From UHGV virus genome UHGV-0091736: 64,000 bases of DNA, one strand, 5' to 3'. The translations under genes and the position numbers were made by a program. Origin of the DNA: a virus. The notes below the pieces were generated by a model. That model worked only from the letters and a program-made list of their open reading frames with translations. It did no database searches and was not told the origin of the DNA. Below, in pieces: positions 17,123-26,668 of this stretch; positions within the stretch are counted from its first letter, which is position 1; each line of letters opens with the position of its first letter.

Positions 17123-19153
17123 TTAACCTCTATTCAATGAACATTTAGGAGAATTACAATAAACTTGATTCATAGAACCAAGCGTACAACTTTCAGCATC
17201 GCGCCACGGAATCTGCTTAAAACACTCTGAGCAGTATCCGAGGGTTGACCACATGGCTTTGGTGAAGTCAGTGCTTCGGTTTCCGTCGAAGCTGACAACA
17301 GTTTTGCGGAGAGCTGTTCGTGATTCAGGAAACACACCTGCTTTCTCAGCAGGTTCCTCCTTTTTTGGCTTAGTTGAGATTGCAAAAATACTGTTGCTAC
17401 GTTTCTCAACATAAGCATCAACAACATCCTCCAGAGTGATGCCTGTTTGTTTCGCTGAGGAAGGTAATACAGTCATACGACCAATCATTTCTTCAGTTAC
17501 ACGTAAAGCAAACTCAGGACGACGGGTGTTTGTTGTATCTGTTGCTTTAATCCAGACATAACCATCTTTGATCGTAGCATTAGATACTTTCTTCTTTACT
17601 TCTACAGCGCAGACTTTACAGATATCTTCACCACGAAGACGACTAAGTTCATCATCGAACTCATTCTCTGTTTTAACCTCACCACAGATTTCACAAACAC
17701 CAATAGGAGTCTCCTCCTCTTCTTCCTCTTTAGGTTTAGTCAAACTTTCCAGACACTCTGGATGCCAGTAGCATTGATATGCGAAGACTGCTTTAGGTGC
17801 ATCCTTCCAATCAATGTGCTTGTCACAACCACCACAATCACCATGAGAGTGTGCTTCCCAGAATTTACGAGTGATAGTAACGCCATTCTTGTTGACGAAA
17901 CTATCATTCATATCAAAAGGGATATCATCATCAAAATCAGCAGTAGTTGACTCAGGCTCCTTTTTCTCCAGAGATGGGTCAACAAAACGACCTGCTGTGA
18001 TCACTAAACGAACCATAGCATTGACTTCGGAGATGCAGGATACTGTCCCACGGTAAACAATTTTAGGGTCTTTCAGGGCATCCTGATAGGCCTTAATGTC
18101 TACGTTATGAACATCACCTTCGATATACTCTTGAGATTTCTCATCGTAGATATAACCAATCATCTTACCACGAGAAGGGACAGCACCAGAAGTTGCATAA
18201 GGAACAAACTCATGCGGAGTGATTTCCACAGTCATGTCGCGGCGAATATCAATGTTTCGATCGCTTGCGATTTTGTTTTGACTTACCACTGCGTTTCTTC
18301 GACGAACATCTGCCGCCGTCACCCCCGGCTTCGTGTCGTAAGGATTGCTTGTACTGCTTTTTGAGGAGCTTTGATAGTTGCTTTGGCTGTAGTTGTTCGA
18401 GTAGTAACTGGCCCAACGATTGACTACCGTAAAAACCGGAAGCTCATGGGCGACCTCTTCAACCAGTGTCATGCTGTTATTTGACATGTCAAAGATGTAC
18501 TCTGTACCAACCTTACATTCAAAATGCTCATCAATGCGGTTCTTGTGAGACTTCGAACGCTTCAGAATCCACATCAGCATATCTTCTTCAGAAGCACCAA
18601 ACCAATCTTTATTACAACGTGCGAGATGGAAAGGACGTTCTTCGTTACGAATAATATGAAGCCGGTTATCAGAAGCATCATGCCAGATTAAAGTGAAAGC
18701 ACCATCCAACTTTTGAATAGTCTCTGCTGCACCAATGGTGTTAATAGAGTGGCAGATGTTCTCGCTGTCTACCTCGAAGTTTTTACTGTCAGGTAACAGG
18801 TCTTGGTCAATCAAGGTTCCGTTATGAACCAGAGTGATGTTACCGTGTTGGAAAGGATGGGCGTTCTTGGCGTTAACTGCACCTTTCGTTGCATGACGGC
18901 TGTGACCAACAATCCATGAAGGTGCTACAGTGTAAGATGTTTCACCAGTGGTATGCTTCTTATACTCATCTTGTAGGATGAATGCGAAAGAAGGAAGGGC
19001 TTCTTTATAAGTGAAGACCTCCTTAGTGCTCTTACGCTGACCAAAGATACCAGAAGAATGTTGTCCTCGGAATACCCCAGCATAAAAGAGTTGGTTGAAT
19101 ACGTCTAAATCGGTGCTTGACAGATTACCGCCAGCTAATACGATGCCACAAAT
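17123..19153 (-). CDS. class II (Ntn) glutamine amidotransferase domain protein with Cys-rich zinc-ribbon C-terminal region; non-ATG start
   Basis: Open frame upstream of track ORF encodes CGIVLAGG...RGQHSSGI...GHSRHATKG...HPF...LVHNG; conserved Cys preceded by ATT with SD AGGTGGA 7 nt upstream and an in-frame TAG. Confidence 0.6.
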   Translation of the reverse strand: MCGIVLAGGNLSSTDLDVFNQLFYAGVFRGQHSSGIFGQRKSTKEVFTYKEALPSFAFILQDEYKKHTTGETSYTVAPSWIVGHSRHATKGAVNAKNAHPFQHGNITLVHNGTLIDQDLLPDSKNFEVDSENICHSINTIGAAETIQKLDGAFTLIWHDASDNRLHIIRNEERPFHLARCNKDWFGASEEDMLMWILKRSKSHKNRIDEHFECKVGTEYIFDMSNNSMTLVEEVAHELPVFTVVNRWASYYSNNYSQSNYQSSSKSSTSNPYDTKPGVTAADVRRRNAVVSQNKIASDRNIDIRRDMTVEITPHEFVPYATSGAVPSRGKMIGYIYDEKSQEYIEGDVHNVDIKAYQDALKDPKIVYRGTVSCISEVNAMVRLVITAGRFVDPSLEKKEPESTTADFDDDIPFDMNDSFVNKNGVTITRKFWEAHSHGDCGGCDKHIDWKDAPKAVFAYQCYWHPECLESLTKPKEEEEEETPIGVCEICGEVKTENEFDDELSRLRGEDICKVCAVEVKKKVSNATIKDGYVWIKATDTTNTRRPEFALRVTEEMIGRMTVLPSSAKQTGITLEDVVDAYVEKRSNSIFAISTKPKKEEPAEKAGVFPESRTALRKTVVSFDGNRSTDFTKAMWSTLGYCSECFKQIPWRDAESCTLGSMNQVYCNSPKCSLNRG

Positions 19154-19232
19154 TTTCTAATCCACCTGAAGGGTAAACCCTTTCATCTAATTAACCTTTA
19201 AATTGTGCCCCTTTACCAGAGGCACCCATTGA

Positions 19233-20336
19233 TTACAGCGCTTGTTCTAACTGGTTTTCCAAATGGTCTGGAATGTACCCTGTGATATTGCTATCACTGT
19301 GACCTGACTCACGCAGCAAGTCAAAAATAGCACGGACACGTTGTTCTGGAGCGTGTCTTACTTGAGACAGGTCAGTTGTACTAAGCATAACCAGAATCTC
19401 TTGGTACAAGCTGTTAGCATTCCCTCGAACATATCCAAGGAATCCATAGAAGTCTGGAATAAGACGTAAGTCAACAAGAGCTTCTCCGTTTGGGTTGGTT
19501 CGTCGTAAACGAATACGACCAGACTGCTCTACTTCATGAGAACGGCAATACAAAACATCACGGGCCATACAATATCCTGAATGCAAATCCAACTCATCCA
19601 GATTGTAATCCAGAGGGAGATAAGGGAGCATTGGAGTGAATCGTACAGTATTTAAATGCTCAACAAACTGATCATTGCTCATATCTGCGTTATCTAAAGC
19701 CAGCTTCTTCAACATCAAGAAACGGTTAACCAAATTGAGAAGTTGACCACGTTTCCACTTAGGCTCACTGATACGGAACTCAATCGAACCATATTGGGCA
19801 AGTGGCAGAAGGTTCAGAGATGTGTATTTATCCCATGAACGAACCAGACGGTTGAAGAATTCTTCACCATCGTAGTTAAATGCGTCAGAGGCATTCATCA
19901 CCTGTGCTTGTACCACTGCAAACGCAGGGCAGAAGTTGCTACGGTAACGATGGTAGCCCGAACACTTGAACAACATCTTTTCATAGAAGGTCCAAGCGAG
20001 AATGGTTTTCTTGAGGATATTACTATCAGCATCCCTCATATCCATATGAACGTGAGTAGAGCAACGCCAAGTCCCCTCGGCGTGCGATTCAGCTACTGCT
20101 TCACTCAGGTTGTTGATAGCGTCTAACAACTCCTGTCCATTGTAAGGCCGTGAACATACCATTTCACAACCATTACGCAGGGAACCATCCTCTGTACAAT
20201 CCCACATATCTGCTTCGATATGATCGGAACCTTCGAGTTCAAGTTCAATACCGACACCGCACTGAAGTGCAATTGAACTATGCTCCTCAGTTAAACGACC
20301 TTCTCGATATCCAAAAGTTTGCGCTACAGTTGTCAT
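19233..20336 (-). CDS. COOH-NH2 ligase / amidoligase-like (glutamine synthetase / GCS2-like fold)
   Basis: 367 aa; N-terminal GVGIELELEG resembles carboxylate-amine ligase GxExE strand. Confidence 0.45.
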   Translation of the reverse strand: MTTVAQTFGYREGRLTEEHSSIALQCGVGIELELEGSDHIEADMWDCTEDGSLRNGCEMVCSRPYNGQELLDAINNLSEAVAESHAEGTWRCSTHVHMDMRDADSNILKKTILAWTFYEKMLFKCSGYHRYRSNFCPAFAVVQAQVMNASDAFNYDGEEFFNRLVRSWDKYTSLNLLPLAQYGSIEFRISEPKWKRGQLLNLVNRFLMLKKLALDNADMSNDQFVEHLNTVRFTPMLPYLPLDYNLDELDLHSGYCMARDVLYCRSHEVEQSGRIRLRRTNPNGEALVDLRLIPDFYGFLGYVRGNANSLYQEILVMLSTTDLSQVRHAPEQRVRAIFDLLRESGHSDSNITGYIPDHLENQLEQAL

Positions 20337-20950
20337 AACGAATCCACCAACGTAATATTATAATTGCTAAGGTTTTCAGAAATGTGATGAAAGTGTTCCA
20401 GAAGTCGCATCGGTTGCTGACCGTAAGAGTCACGAGGTGCTTCCAGATCTACTTGCCCTACCAGTGCACCTTTATAATGCACCTTACCATCAGTAGGGTT
20501 GATGTAAATATAACGAGTAACCAATCCCTCGAATTCAGGATTGAACAGACTGTAAACCATCTCCCCGGAGATAGCACGACCAACACCCGGAGCATTTCGA
20601 ATCTTGTTACCCATCAAACCCTTTGCTCTCTGACGAACAGGGTTAATATGAGTCCAACTTACAGTGTTACCGTTATGGAACAGATAACCAACATCAGGTG
20701 ATTCAAGAATCAAGGTTGGGTCGAACACTGGAATATTCATCGTAGTGTTTCGAAGGTGCCCTTGCTCATTCTTGTACCACTGCTCTACAACAAAATACAG
20801 AGCCTGCTCTGCTTCGTGAGAGAAGTCATCGCTGCGGAAGTTACCGCTCTGCTCAACACCAATCACAAAACATGGAAGGTTGATATTACCTGCTCGTTTA
20901 GCAATCCATGTACCATTATAGTAATGAGAAAAATCAGCTACTAAGCTCAC
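20333..20950 (-). CDS. hypothetical protein (within ligase cluster)
   Basis: 205 aa ORF, 4-nt overlap with upstream gene. Confidence 0.5.
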   Translation of the reverse strand: MSLVADFSHYYNGTWIAKRAGNINLPCFVIGVEQSGNFRSDDFSHEAEQALYFVVEQWYKNEQGHLRNTTMNIPVFDPTLILESPDVGYLFHNGNTVSWTHINPVRQRAKGLMGNKIRNAPGVGRAISGEMVYSLFNPEFEGLVTRYIYINPTDGKVHYKGALVGQVDLEAPRDSYGQQPMRLLEHFHHISENLSNYNITLVDSL

Positions 20951-20959
20951 GATAACCTC

Positions 20960-21766
20960 TTATGCTACCTGAAGGAGTTTGATCTGCTGGTCCGCTTCTT
21001 TAACGTTGTTGCCGTTAATGATTTCATGAAGCTTCTCAATCGGAAGGCGAGAGTGCAATGCCATCAGAGTGGACATATCACACTGCTGAACAACCTTGTC
21101 AACCTGATCGTAAACAAACTTACGGTTTTCACGATCGCTAATCCAGAAGTTAGACAGCGAACGATATTCGATACCATAGTCTTTATAACGGATTGCAGAT
21201 GCTTTACCGTAGAGTTCTTTACGGCGAGTATCTTTGTCCATAATTACTGCTGGGAGTGATAGGAAGTAGTCACACAGCACACCAAGCATCATCTGAGTTT
21301 GCAGAGTGATATCCAAAGCCCCAACGACACCAAGATGTACGTGACCACCGGCAGTACGAAGTCCCTTATTCTGAGAAGTTGGGGATGGGTTTTTCTGACC
21401 AGTGAAAGCGTTGAAGTCAGGAGTGCATCCAAAGATGAACGCTGATTCATTAAAGGTCTTCATCTCTTCTTCGGTGAAGATGTGAGAGCTGACACCCGGA
21501 GCTGTTTCCATATCCAGTTTGTTCAGGACTTTATTGGTGAGATCAATACCACGTTGCATGTTATCATTAAACGCTTCAAAACCGCTCTGTGGGTCAATAT
21601 CAAACTCAGCCAATACGTTGTCCTCTTGAAGACGAACATCCTTAGCCAGAGCGATCTTATCGTCCTTAGAGCAGCCTAGAAGACCGGCTACAGAGGTGAT
21701 GATGCCGTTGCTAGTACGAACGAAGAGCTCAGGGTCGCTGCCTATTAAGAATTTGCGCTTAGTCAT
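20960..21766 (-). CDS. possible second amidoligase-like protein
   Basis: 268 aa; N-terminal LIGSDPELF motif; weak. Confidence 0.3.
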   Translation of the reverse strand: MTKRKFLIGSDPELFVRTSNGIITSVAGLLGCSKDDKIALAKDVRLQEDNVLAEFDIDPQSGFEAFNDNMQRGIDLTNKVLNKLDMETAPGVSSHIFTEEEMKTFNESAFIFGCTPDFNAFTGQKNPSPTSQNKGLRTAGGHVHLGVVGALDITLQTQMMLGVLCDYFLSLPAVIMDKDTRRKELYGKASAIRYKDYGIEYRSLSNFWISDRENRKFVYDQVDKVVQQCDMSTLMALHSRLPIEKLHEIINGNNVKEADQQIKLLQVA

Positions 21767-22730
21767 TGTAATACTCCACTAGTTCAGAAAAGAGAGATGA
21801 GATTGTGTTACCAACTTCTTCAAGTGTAAGTCCAGAGCTTGGACCAGTACGTTGAATCAGTCGGGCTGTAAAGTTTTGTACTGTAATGTTTTCCAACTTA
21901 TTGTCTATTGTTTCACGTTTGTGACCATGACAGTTGGACCAGAGTTTTAACCACCCTGACATTGTTTCATACTCGTCTGGGTCTTGATCTTTATCAAGAG
22001 CAAACCCTCGTAAGGCCTCTGGGTTATGGTTACGAACATAACCATTCTCATTGTAACCAACACCGAAGGGGTTTTGAACCCATACTTGCTTCGTGTACTC
22101 ATCAGAGTCTACAACCAAAGGAAGGAATGCTGCTGCTGACATACCATTGTTGATAAGAATGGCTGTGTTCTCTCCACTCCCATTGGGGATTCCTCGTTGA
22201 GACCATCCACCGAAGAAGTCACGACCTAACCCAGCTAACACTAGAGCGATGCCTATGCGTTTACGCTTCAGCCACTCTTCCCTGTCTTCAATTCCTTCTG
22301 CTAGGAAATCCATTCCACGATACTGCCCTTCCAGAATACTACGAAAGAGCATAAGTCCTGTGAAGATCTGATCTGCTGGATGCTCACGAAGGTTGACAGC
22401 AACACTGTTCGCTGAAGTGATAGTAAATACATCACGATAGCAAGACATGGAGTTCATAATGTCTGCTGTTTCAACCAAGATCTTTTCAATCTCAGATGCA
22501 GGGTGATTGTGAAAAGAGTGAGTCCAGTAATTCAACATCTCCAGTTGCAAGTTGATACCACGGTTGAAGCGTTTATGACGCCCATCTTCCATGATATATT
22601 CGCCATTAATGTCAATTAAGAGGTGGCTTTGCATGTAGTTGTGGACACCGAAGCACCCACAACCTAAGAACTTCTGTTCCCCTAAACCCTGTTGAAGATT
22701 TAGAGGCACGATCGTTGTAGAGATTGCCAT
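21759..22730 (-). CDS. hypothetical protein
   Basis: 323 aa; own SD AAGG. Confidence 0.55.
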   Translation of the reverse strand: MAISTTIVPLNLQQGLGEQKFLGCGCFGVHNYMQSHLLIDINGEYIMEDGRHKRFNRGINLQLEMLNYWTHSFHNHPASEIEKILVETADIMNSMSCYRDVFTITSANSVAVNLREHPADQIFTGLMLFRSILEGQYRGMDFLAEGIEDREEWLKRKRIGIALVLAGLGRDFFGGWSQRGIPNGSGENTAILINNGMSAAAFLPLVVDSDEYTKQVWVQNPFGVGYNENGYVRNHNPEALRGFALDKDQDPDEYETMSGWLKLWSNCHGHKRETIDNKLENITVQNFTARLIQRTGPSSGLTLEEVGNTISSLFSELVEYYND

Positions 22731-22740
22731 AACTAACCTT

Positions 22741-23937
22741 TTATTTTCCTAAAAATAATCCGCTCATAATACCATCCCATTCAGAGGATGGAACCACTGA
22801 ATACTCCGAACTTTGGTCCAGAGTTCCACTACTAAATCGCTGAATAATGTTATAGATGTTGAACATATCCTTAGTCTCGATACGATTACCGTAGATTAAT
22901 TTGTCAGCTGTTCTTTCACCTTTAGATGCACGACGGACAAAGTTAACCAGAAGATTATCACATTTAAGTGTTTCTGACCCACTCTCTACTAAATCGGGGT
23001 GCATCACCGGCAAGAACATTGAGTTATTAACTCGTAATTCTGATGTTTCGTTATTTTCATAACTTATCCATCTAAAATCTTCATCACGGAAGTGGCCACA
23101 CCCATCTCTATACGACTGTTGACGCCAAGGCACTTTAAACGCTTCAGCATACTTGTTAGCCATACCAACTGTAAACAGTGATGACGGGAAGATACAAGCA
23201 TCCCAATCATTACCAACCAGAGTTGATTTTGTTTCCCCCAAGAGGTTAGTGTAAGTGCTAACCATTCTGGAGTAAACATAAGCCTGAAGGATTGTCCAGC
23301 CTTCAACCAACCATTTATGAAGGAAGGTTTCGACCTGACTCTCTTCTTCTTCGCAATAGAAGGTTCGATCTAACATTAAATAGAACAGACAACGGTCAGC
23401 ATGAACGTTCTCAGTTGCTACACCCATAAAACCTTTTTCGTGCCAGCGTAAACAGGAGGGACGGTCTTTGTCCACAAATGCTTCCATAGCTTCCAGTACA
23501 GCACGAGGTGTGGTTTGATATTCAGGGTTTTTGTCGTTCCAGCGTTCGATGTTATTTTTAAGCTCACCTTCGTAATCAATAGCACCCCAACCCAACCCTT
23601 TGGTTACGGGTTTTTCATCACGCCAGCTCAGAAAACCTAACATGTCTAAGTGTGTTCCAGAGTTCCAGATATGTTTGATATTGCACATATCCATCTCTCG
23701 ACTCAACAAGAAGTCTTGCCCATCAGCACTACTAATGTTAGATGCTTCGCTCCACACTCGAACGTGCATATTCCACCCATGGGTTGCCTCATAGGTGTTA
23801 GGTTCAAAATATTCATCATATTCCTCATCATCTTCATCAACGCCACCATTATAGTTGCGAAGCTGAAGGAATCCATAGCAAGGAGGATAGACCGTTAAAA
23901 CTTTACCTTCAGTATCTTCTAATGTTACTGGAAACAT
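22741..23937 (-). CDS. hypothetical protein
   Basis: 398 aa ORF. Confidence 0.55.
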   Translation of the reverse strand: MFPVTLEDTEGKVLTVYPPCYGFLQLRNYNGGVDEDDEEYDEYFEPNTYEATHGWNMHVRVWSEASNISSADGQDFLLSREMDMCNIKHIWNSGTHLDMLGFLSWRDEKPVTKGLGWGAIDYEGELKNNIERWNDKNPEYQTTPRAVLEAMEAFVDKDRPSCLRWHEKGFMGVATENVHADRCLFYLMLDRTFYCEEEESQVETFLHKWLVEGWTILQAYVYSRMVSTYTNLLGETKSTLVGNDWDACIFPSSLFTVGMANKYAEAFKVPWRQQSYRDGCGHFRDEDFRWISYENNETSELRVNNSMFLPVMHPDLVESGSETLKCDNLLVNFVRRASKGERTADKLIYGNRIETKDMFNIYNIIQRFSSGTLDQSSEYSVVPSSEWDGIMSGLFLGK

Positions 23938-23948
23938 TATACCAACCT

Positions 23949-24311
23949 CTATTGGTTTTTAATCAACTCAATTGACTTACGGATATAAAGAATATCTCGG
24001 AAGTTTCTGTAGTTGTTCATAAATTGGTGCTTCTGAAACTCAGCTTCAAGCAGAGATTCTTTAGCACTTTCGTAGTTCTGGCGGGCAAGATGTACAACCC
24101 GCTCTGGTAACGTGTTTGCGCGACGTATGACATACTTGTGAGCTTTCATATTACTTTGCTCACGAGCAATCTTACTTTTCGCTACCGTAATACCATTTGC
24201 AATCCAAGCAAGTTCTTGCTCAAGTTCTTCGTTGGACATACCACCGAGGTTTGATGCAACCTTGTTCAGAGTTTCAATATTAACGTTGCCCTTAATGGGA
24301 CGTGTATTCAT
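23949..24311 (-). CDS. hypothetical protein
   Basis: 120 aa ORF. Confidence 0.5.
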   Translation of the reverse strand: MNTRPIKGNVNIETLNKVASNLGGMSNEELEQELAWIANGITVAKSKIAREQSNMKAHKYVIRRANTLPERVVHLARQNYESAKESLLEAEFQKHQFMNNYRNFRDILYIRKSIELIKNQ

Positions 24312-24313
24312 AC

Positions 24314-24466
24314 TTACTCCTGTTGTTTACACTCGTCAATAACCCACTGATAAGTGGATTGCCCAGAAAAGAAACACTGAATAAATCCAGATGTTCTCTG
24401 CGTTACCAGTGCTAGTGCACAAATCACTATAGCTGCTGCTAGCAGTTTTAAATCTAATTTAGACAT
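24314..24466 (-). CDS. small signal-peptide protein
   Basis: 50 aa MSKLDLKLLAAAIVICALALV...; SD GAGAGGAAA; stop abuts next start. Confidence 0.35.
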   Translation of the reverse strand: MSKLDLKLLAAAIVICALALVTQRTSGFIQCFFSGQSTYQWVIDECKQQE

Positions 24467-24484
24467 ATTTCCTCTCGTTGAATT

Positions 24485-24510
24485 TAAAAAAGGACTCTCC
24501 GAAAAGAGTC
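24485..24510 (-). terminator. rho-independent terminator
   Basis: minus-strand GACTCTTTTCGGAGAGTC followed by CTTTTTT. Confidence 0.55.
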
Positions 24511-24701
24511 AAGCTTTAAACACAAAAAGATATTACCCAATATCTGTGGATAACCTGCTCTTAAAATATCTATCCGACGGATGTTTGAGGAATATCCCTC
24601 GCCCTAGCATCGGCCCCATACGGGAAATATATTAAGGTTAGGTTAGTTGAGTCAGAATAACTCACATAGCCCTCCGAAGAAGGCTATAGGCGTTACTACA
24701 A

Positions 24702-24917
24702 CTAAAAGTCACTTGATTCTACAAAAGCATCACTAAGGATTTCGTCAATTTCTTTGTTAGTCAAATCTTTCCTGAACCAACAACAAGGTACATCCACCCA
24801 TTGACCAGAGTTGTTTTCTACAGAGCATCTATTGCCTGTCTTACTCTTGCATTTATAGGTTTTACCTTTGTCTAGACGGTAGTGTATCCTGTAAACGACC
24901 GACACAAGTGTTATCAT
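24702..24917 (-). CDS. hypothetical protein
   Basis: 71 aa ORF. Confidence 0.45.
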   Translation of the reverse strand: MITLVSVVYRIHYRLDKGKTYKCKSKTGNRCSVENNSGQWVDVPCCWFRKDLTNKEIDEILSDAFVESSDF

Positions 24918-25150
24918 TACTCGCCTTTCTTAGCACGATCTTTGGCAGTTTTGCCAGTGCGGATGCGATGAGAAACGTTAACCAGAGTGCCACCATCAAC
25001 TACGGTAACGCTCTTGTTTTTAGCCAGATCAAACACAGTTTTCTCCGTGCCGCCCAAGCGAATTTGCTTAGGCTCACTGAAGGTTTGGGTTGATTTGGAT
25101 TGGAACTGGAACGGTTGACGGATTGCATCGATTGCGCTTACTTTAGACAT
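24917..25150 (-). CDS. hypothetical protein
   Basis: 77 aa ORF; SD AAGGAA. Confidence 0.45.
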   Translation of the reverse strand: MSKVSAIDAIRQPFQFQSKSTQTFSEPKQIRLGGTEKTVFDLAKNKSVTVVDGGTLVNVSHRIRTGKTAKDRAKKGE

Positions 25151-25383
25151 AGGGGAAATTCCTTAAAAAGTCATGGCTGCGTAGAGGGAATTCCCTACGC
25201 AAATTGGGCCGCCCACAGGGAGGCGTCATAGTACTAAAAGAAGGAGAGAAGAGGGCTTATTTAGCTACCTTTTCTGTCCATTTACAAACCAGATAATCGA
25301 ACCATCAGGCTGTCGTTGACCTAAGCTTTTCTGGTTAATCATATCGTCATAAGAATATGCTTTACGTCTCATTTGTTTTCCTA

Positions 25384-25596
25384 TTAACAGGCGTAGTTAC
25401 TTAGGTATACATGCCGATCTCTCAGCACCTCACCAAGAAAAGATTTGTAATCTTCTGTTATTCCAGAATAAAACTTCTCTTTAGCTTCTTCTTCAGACAC
25501 TTTCCACAACTTAGAAAGTTGATTGAACAAGACTTCCTCAGAGGAGAATAGTAGGTATGCATTCTGGATGAGTATGTCTTTCTCTTCTTGAGTCAT
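25384..25596 (-). CDS. hypothetical protein
   Basis: 70 aa ORF. Confidence 0.45.
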   Translation of the reverse strand: MTQEEKDILIQNAYLLFSSEEVLFNQLSKLWKVSEEEAKEKFYSGITEDYKSFLGEVLRDRHVYLSNYAC

Positions 25597-25603
25597 ATAC
25601 CAC

Positions 25604-25852
25604 CTACGGAGTTAAGATAATTTCAGCCTTACTAAACTTCTCACCAACAACCATATCACCAGAGATGACACGTAGTTCTCCCGTGCCCAAGTTAACAGCT
25701 CCAGCAGGTTGGAAACCTCTGCTCTTTGCTGTCAGCATGTAAGTCTTTTGAAGATGGCACTCTTGGAGAGTGAACACATCTGACATATTTAGGTCTTTAA
25801 CACGGAGGACTGTTTCCTCTTTGCTCTTAACTTTAACATGAATAGTGCTCAT
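25604..25852 (-). CDS. small paralog-family protein
   Basis: 82 aa; LRVKDLNMSDVF...GAVNLGTGEL fits family pattern L..GDVF...NL.xG. Confidence 0.5.
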   Translation of the reverse strand: MSTIHVKVKSKEETVLRVKDLNMSDVFTLQECHLQKTYMLTAKSRGFQPAGAVNLGTGELRVISGDMVVGEKFSKAEIILTP

Positions 25853-25854
25853 AA

Positions 25855-26100
25855 TTACTCCTGAACCACTGACATACGAATTACTTCAACTGGGGTATCA
25901 CTTTTCATAACACCCAGTACGCCAGTAAGAAGATTAACGGTCGTAATCCAACCCTCTTCTACAGAGATTTTGTTGGATACATTATTAACACGGATGTGGT
26001 ACTGAGGAGTTGCTGTTCCTCTCTGAACTACGAAAGGGTTTCCGGGAATAATTGTAGCCAGTGAAACAGTGTTATCTTTAATCTTTGGGATGATTTTCAT
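25855..26100 (-). CDS. small paralog-family protein
   Basis: 81 aa; IIPGNPFVV...VNLLTGVL. Confidence 0.5.
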   Translation of the reverse strand: MKIIPKIKDNTVSLATIIPGNPFVVQRGTATPQYHIRVNNVSNKISVEEGWITTVNLLTGVLGVMKSDTPVEVIRMSVVQE

Positions 26101-26348
26101 TGCGTATTATCCACCAAAAGTTCTGCTGATACAGGAACAACCTGACAACGACCAAGAGGGGCTGAAACAACCCCATCACCTAGCCGGAGAGTAGGTATCC
26201 GGTTATCTGGGATTTTGATGTTAGGACTTAAGGTAACAATTCCTTTCACATAAAGATCTTCATTGTGTGGGAATTTAAACACAGAACCATTAGCTAGAGA
26301 GCTTAGCTCTACTGCTTCTACTTCCTCTTTCTTATATGTGATTTTCAT
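26097..26348 (-). CDS. small paralog-family protein
   Basis: 83 aa; VELSSLANGSVFKF. Confidence 0.5.
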   Translation of the reverse strand: MKITYKKEEVEAVELSSLANGSVFKFPHNEDLYVKGIVTLSPNIKIPDNRIPTLRLGDGVVSAPLGRCQVVPVSAELLVDNTQ

Positions 26349-26356
26349 ATTGATTC

Positions 26357-26668
26357 CTATTTAAGTTTGAGGCTAATGTTAAGGTGCATACATGCCCTGT
26401 TCTGTACAGCAGCATAACTTCTACCGAGCATGTCAGCCATTCTCTGAATAGACATGAACCCAGCATTACGGATAAGGAACTGGTCTTCTTCTTTAGACCA
26501 CTTAACTCGGATTGAAGCTCTTGATATTCCGAATTTAGTACAAGCTGTGTTAACTGCATTCTCCGTTACATTCATAATCTGAGCAACTTCTTGAACCGAG
26601 TACTCTTTGATTAGTCTCCGAAGATTTTCAATCTGCATCGGAGTCCATATAGTTCTTCGAGCTTTCAT
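26357..26668 (-). CDS. putative DNA-binding protein with two tandem HTH-like repeats
   Basis: 103 aa; WTPMQIENLRRLIKEYSVQEVAQIMNVTENAV and WSKEEDQFLIRNAGFMSIQRMADMLGRSYAAV. Confidence 0.45.
   Translation of the reverse strand: MKARRTIWTPMQIENLRRLIKEYSVQEVAQIMNVTENAVNTACTKFGISRASIRVKWSKEEDQFLIRNAGFMSIQRMADMLGRSYAAVQNRACMHLNISLKLK

Noticed and set aside
21759-23937. Considered whether the 398-aa and 323-aa ORFs are one disrupted gene, or an anaerobic ribonucleotide reductase
   Set aside because: The second ORF has its own SD and ATG 10 nt after the first stop; no RNR motifs recognisable; left as two hypothetical proteins
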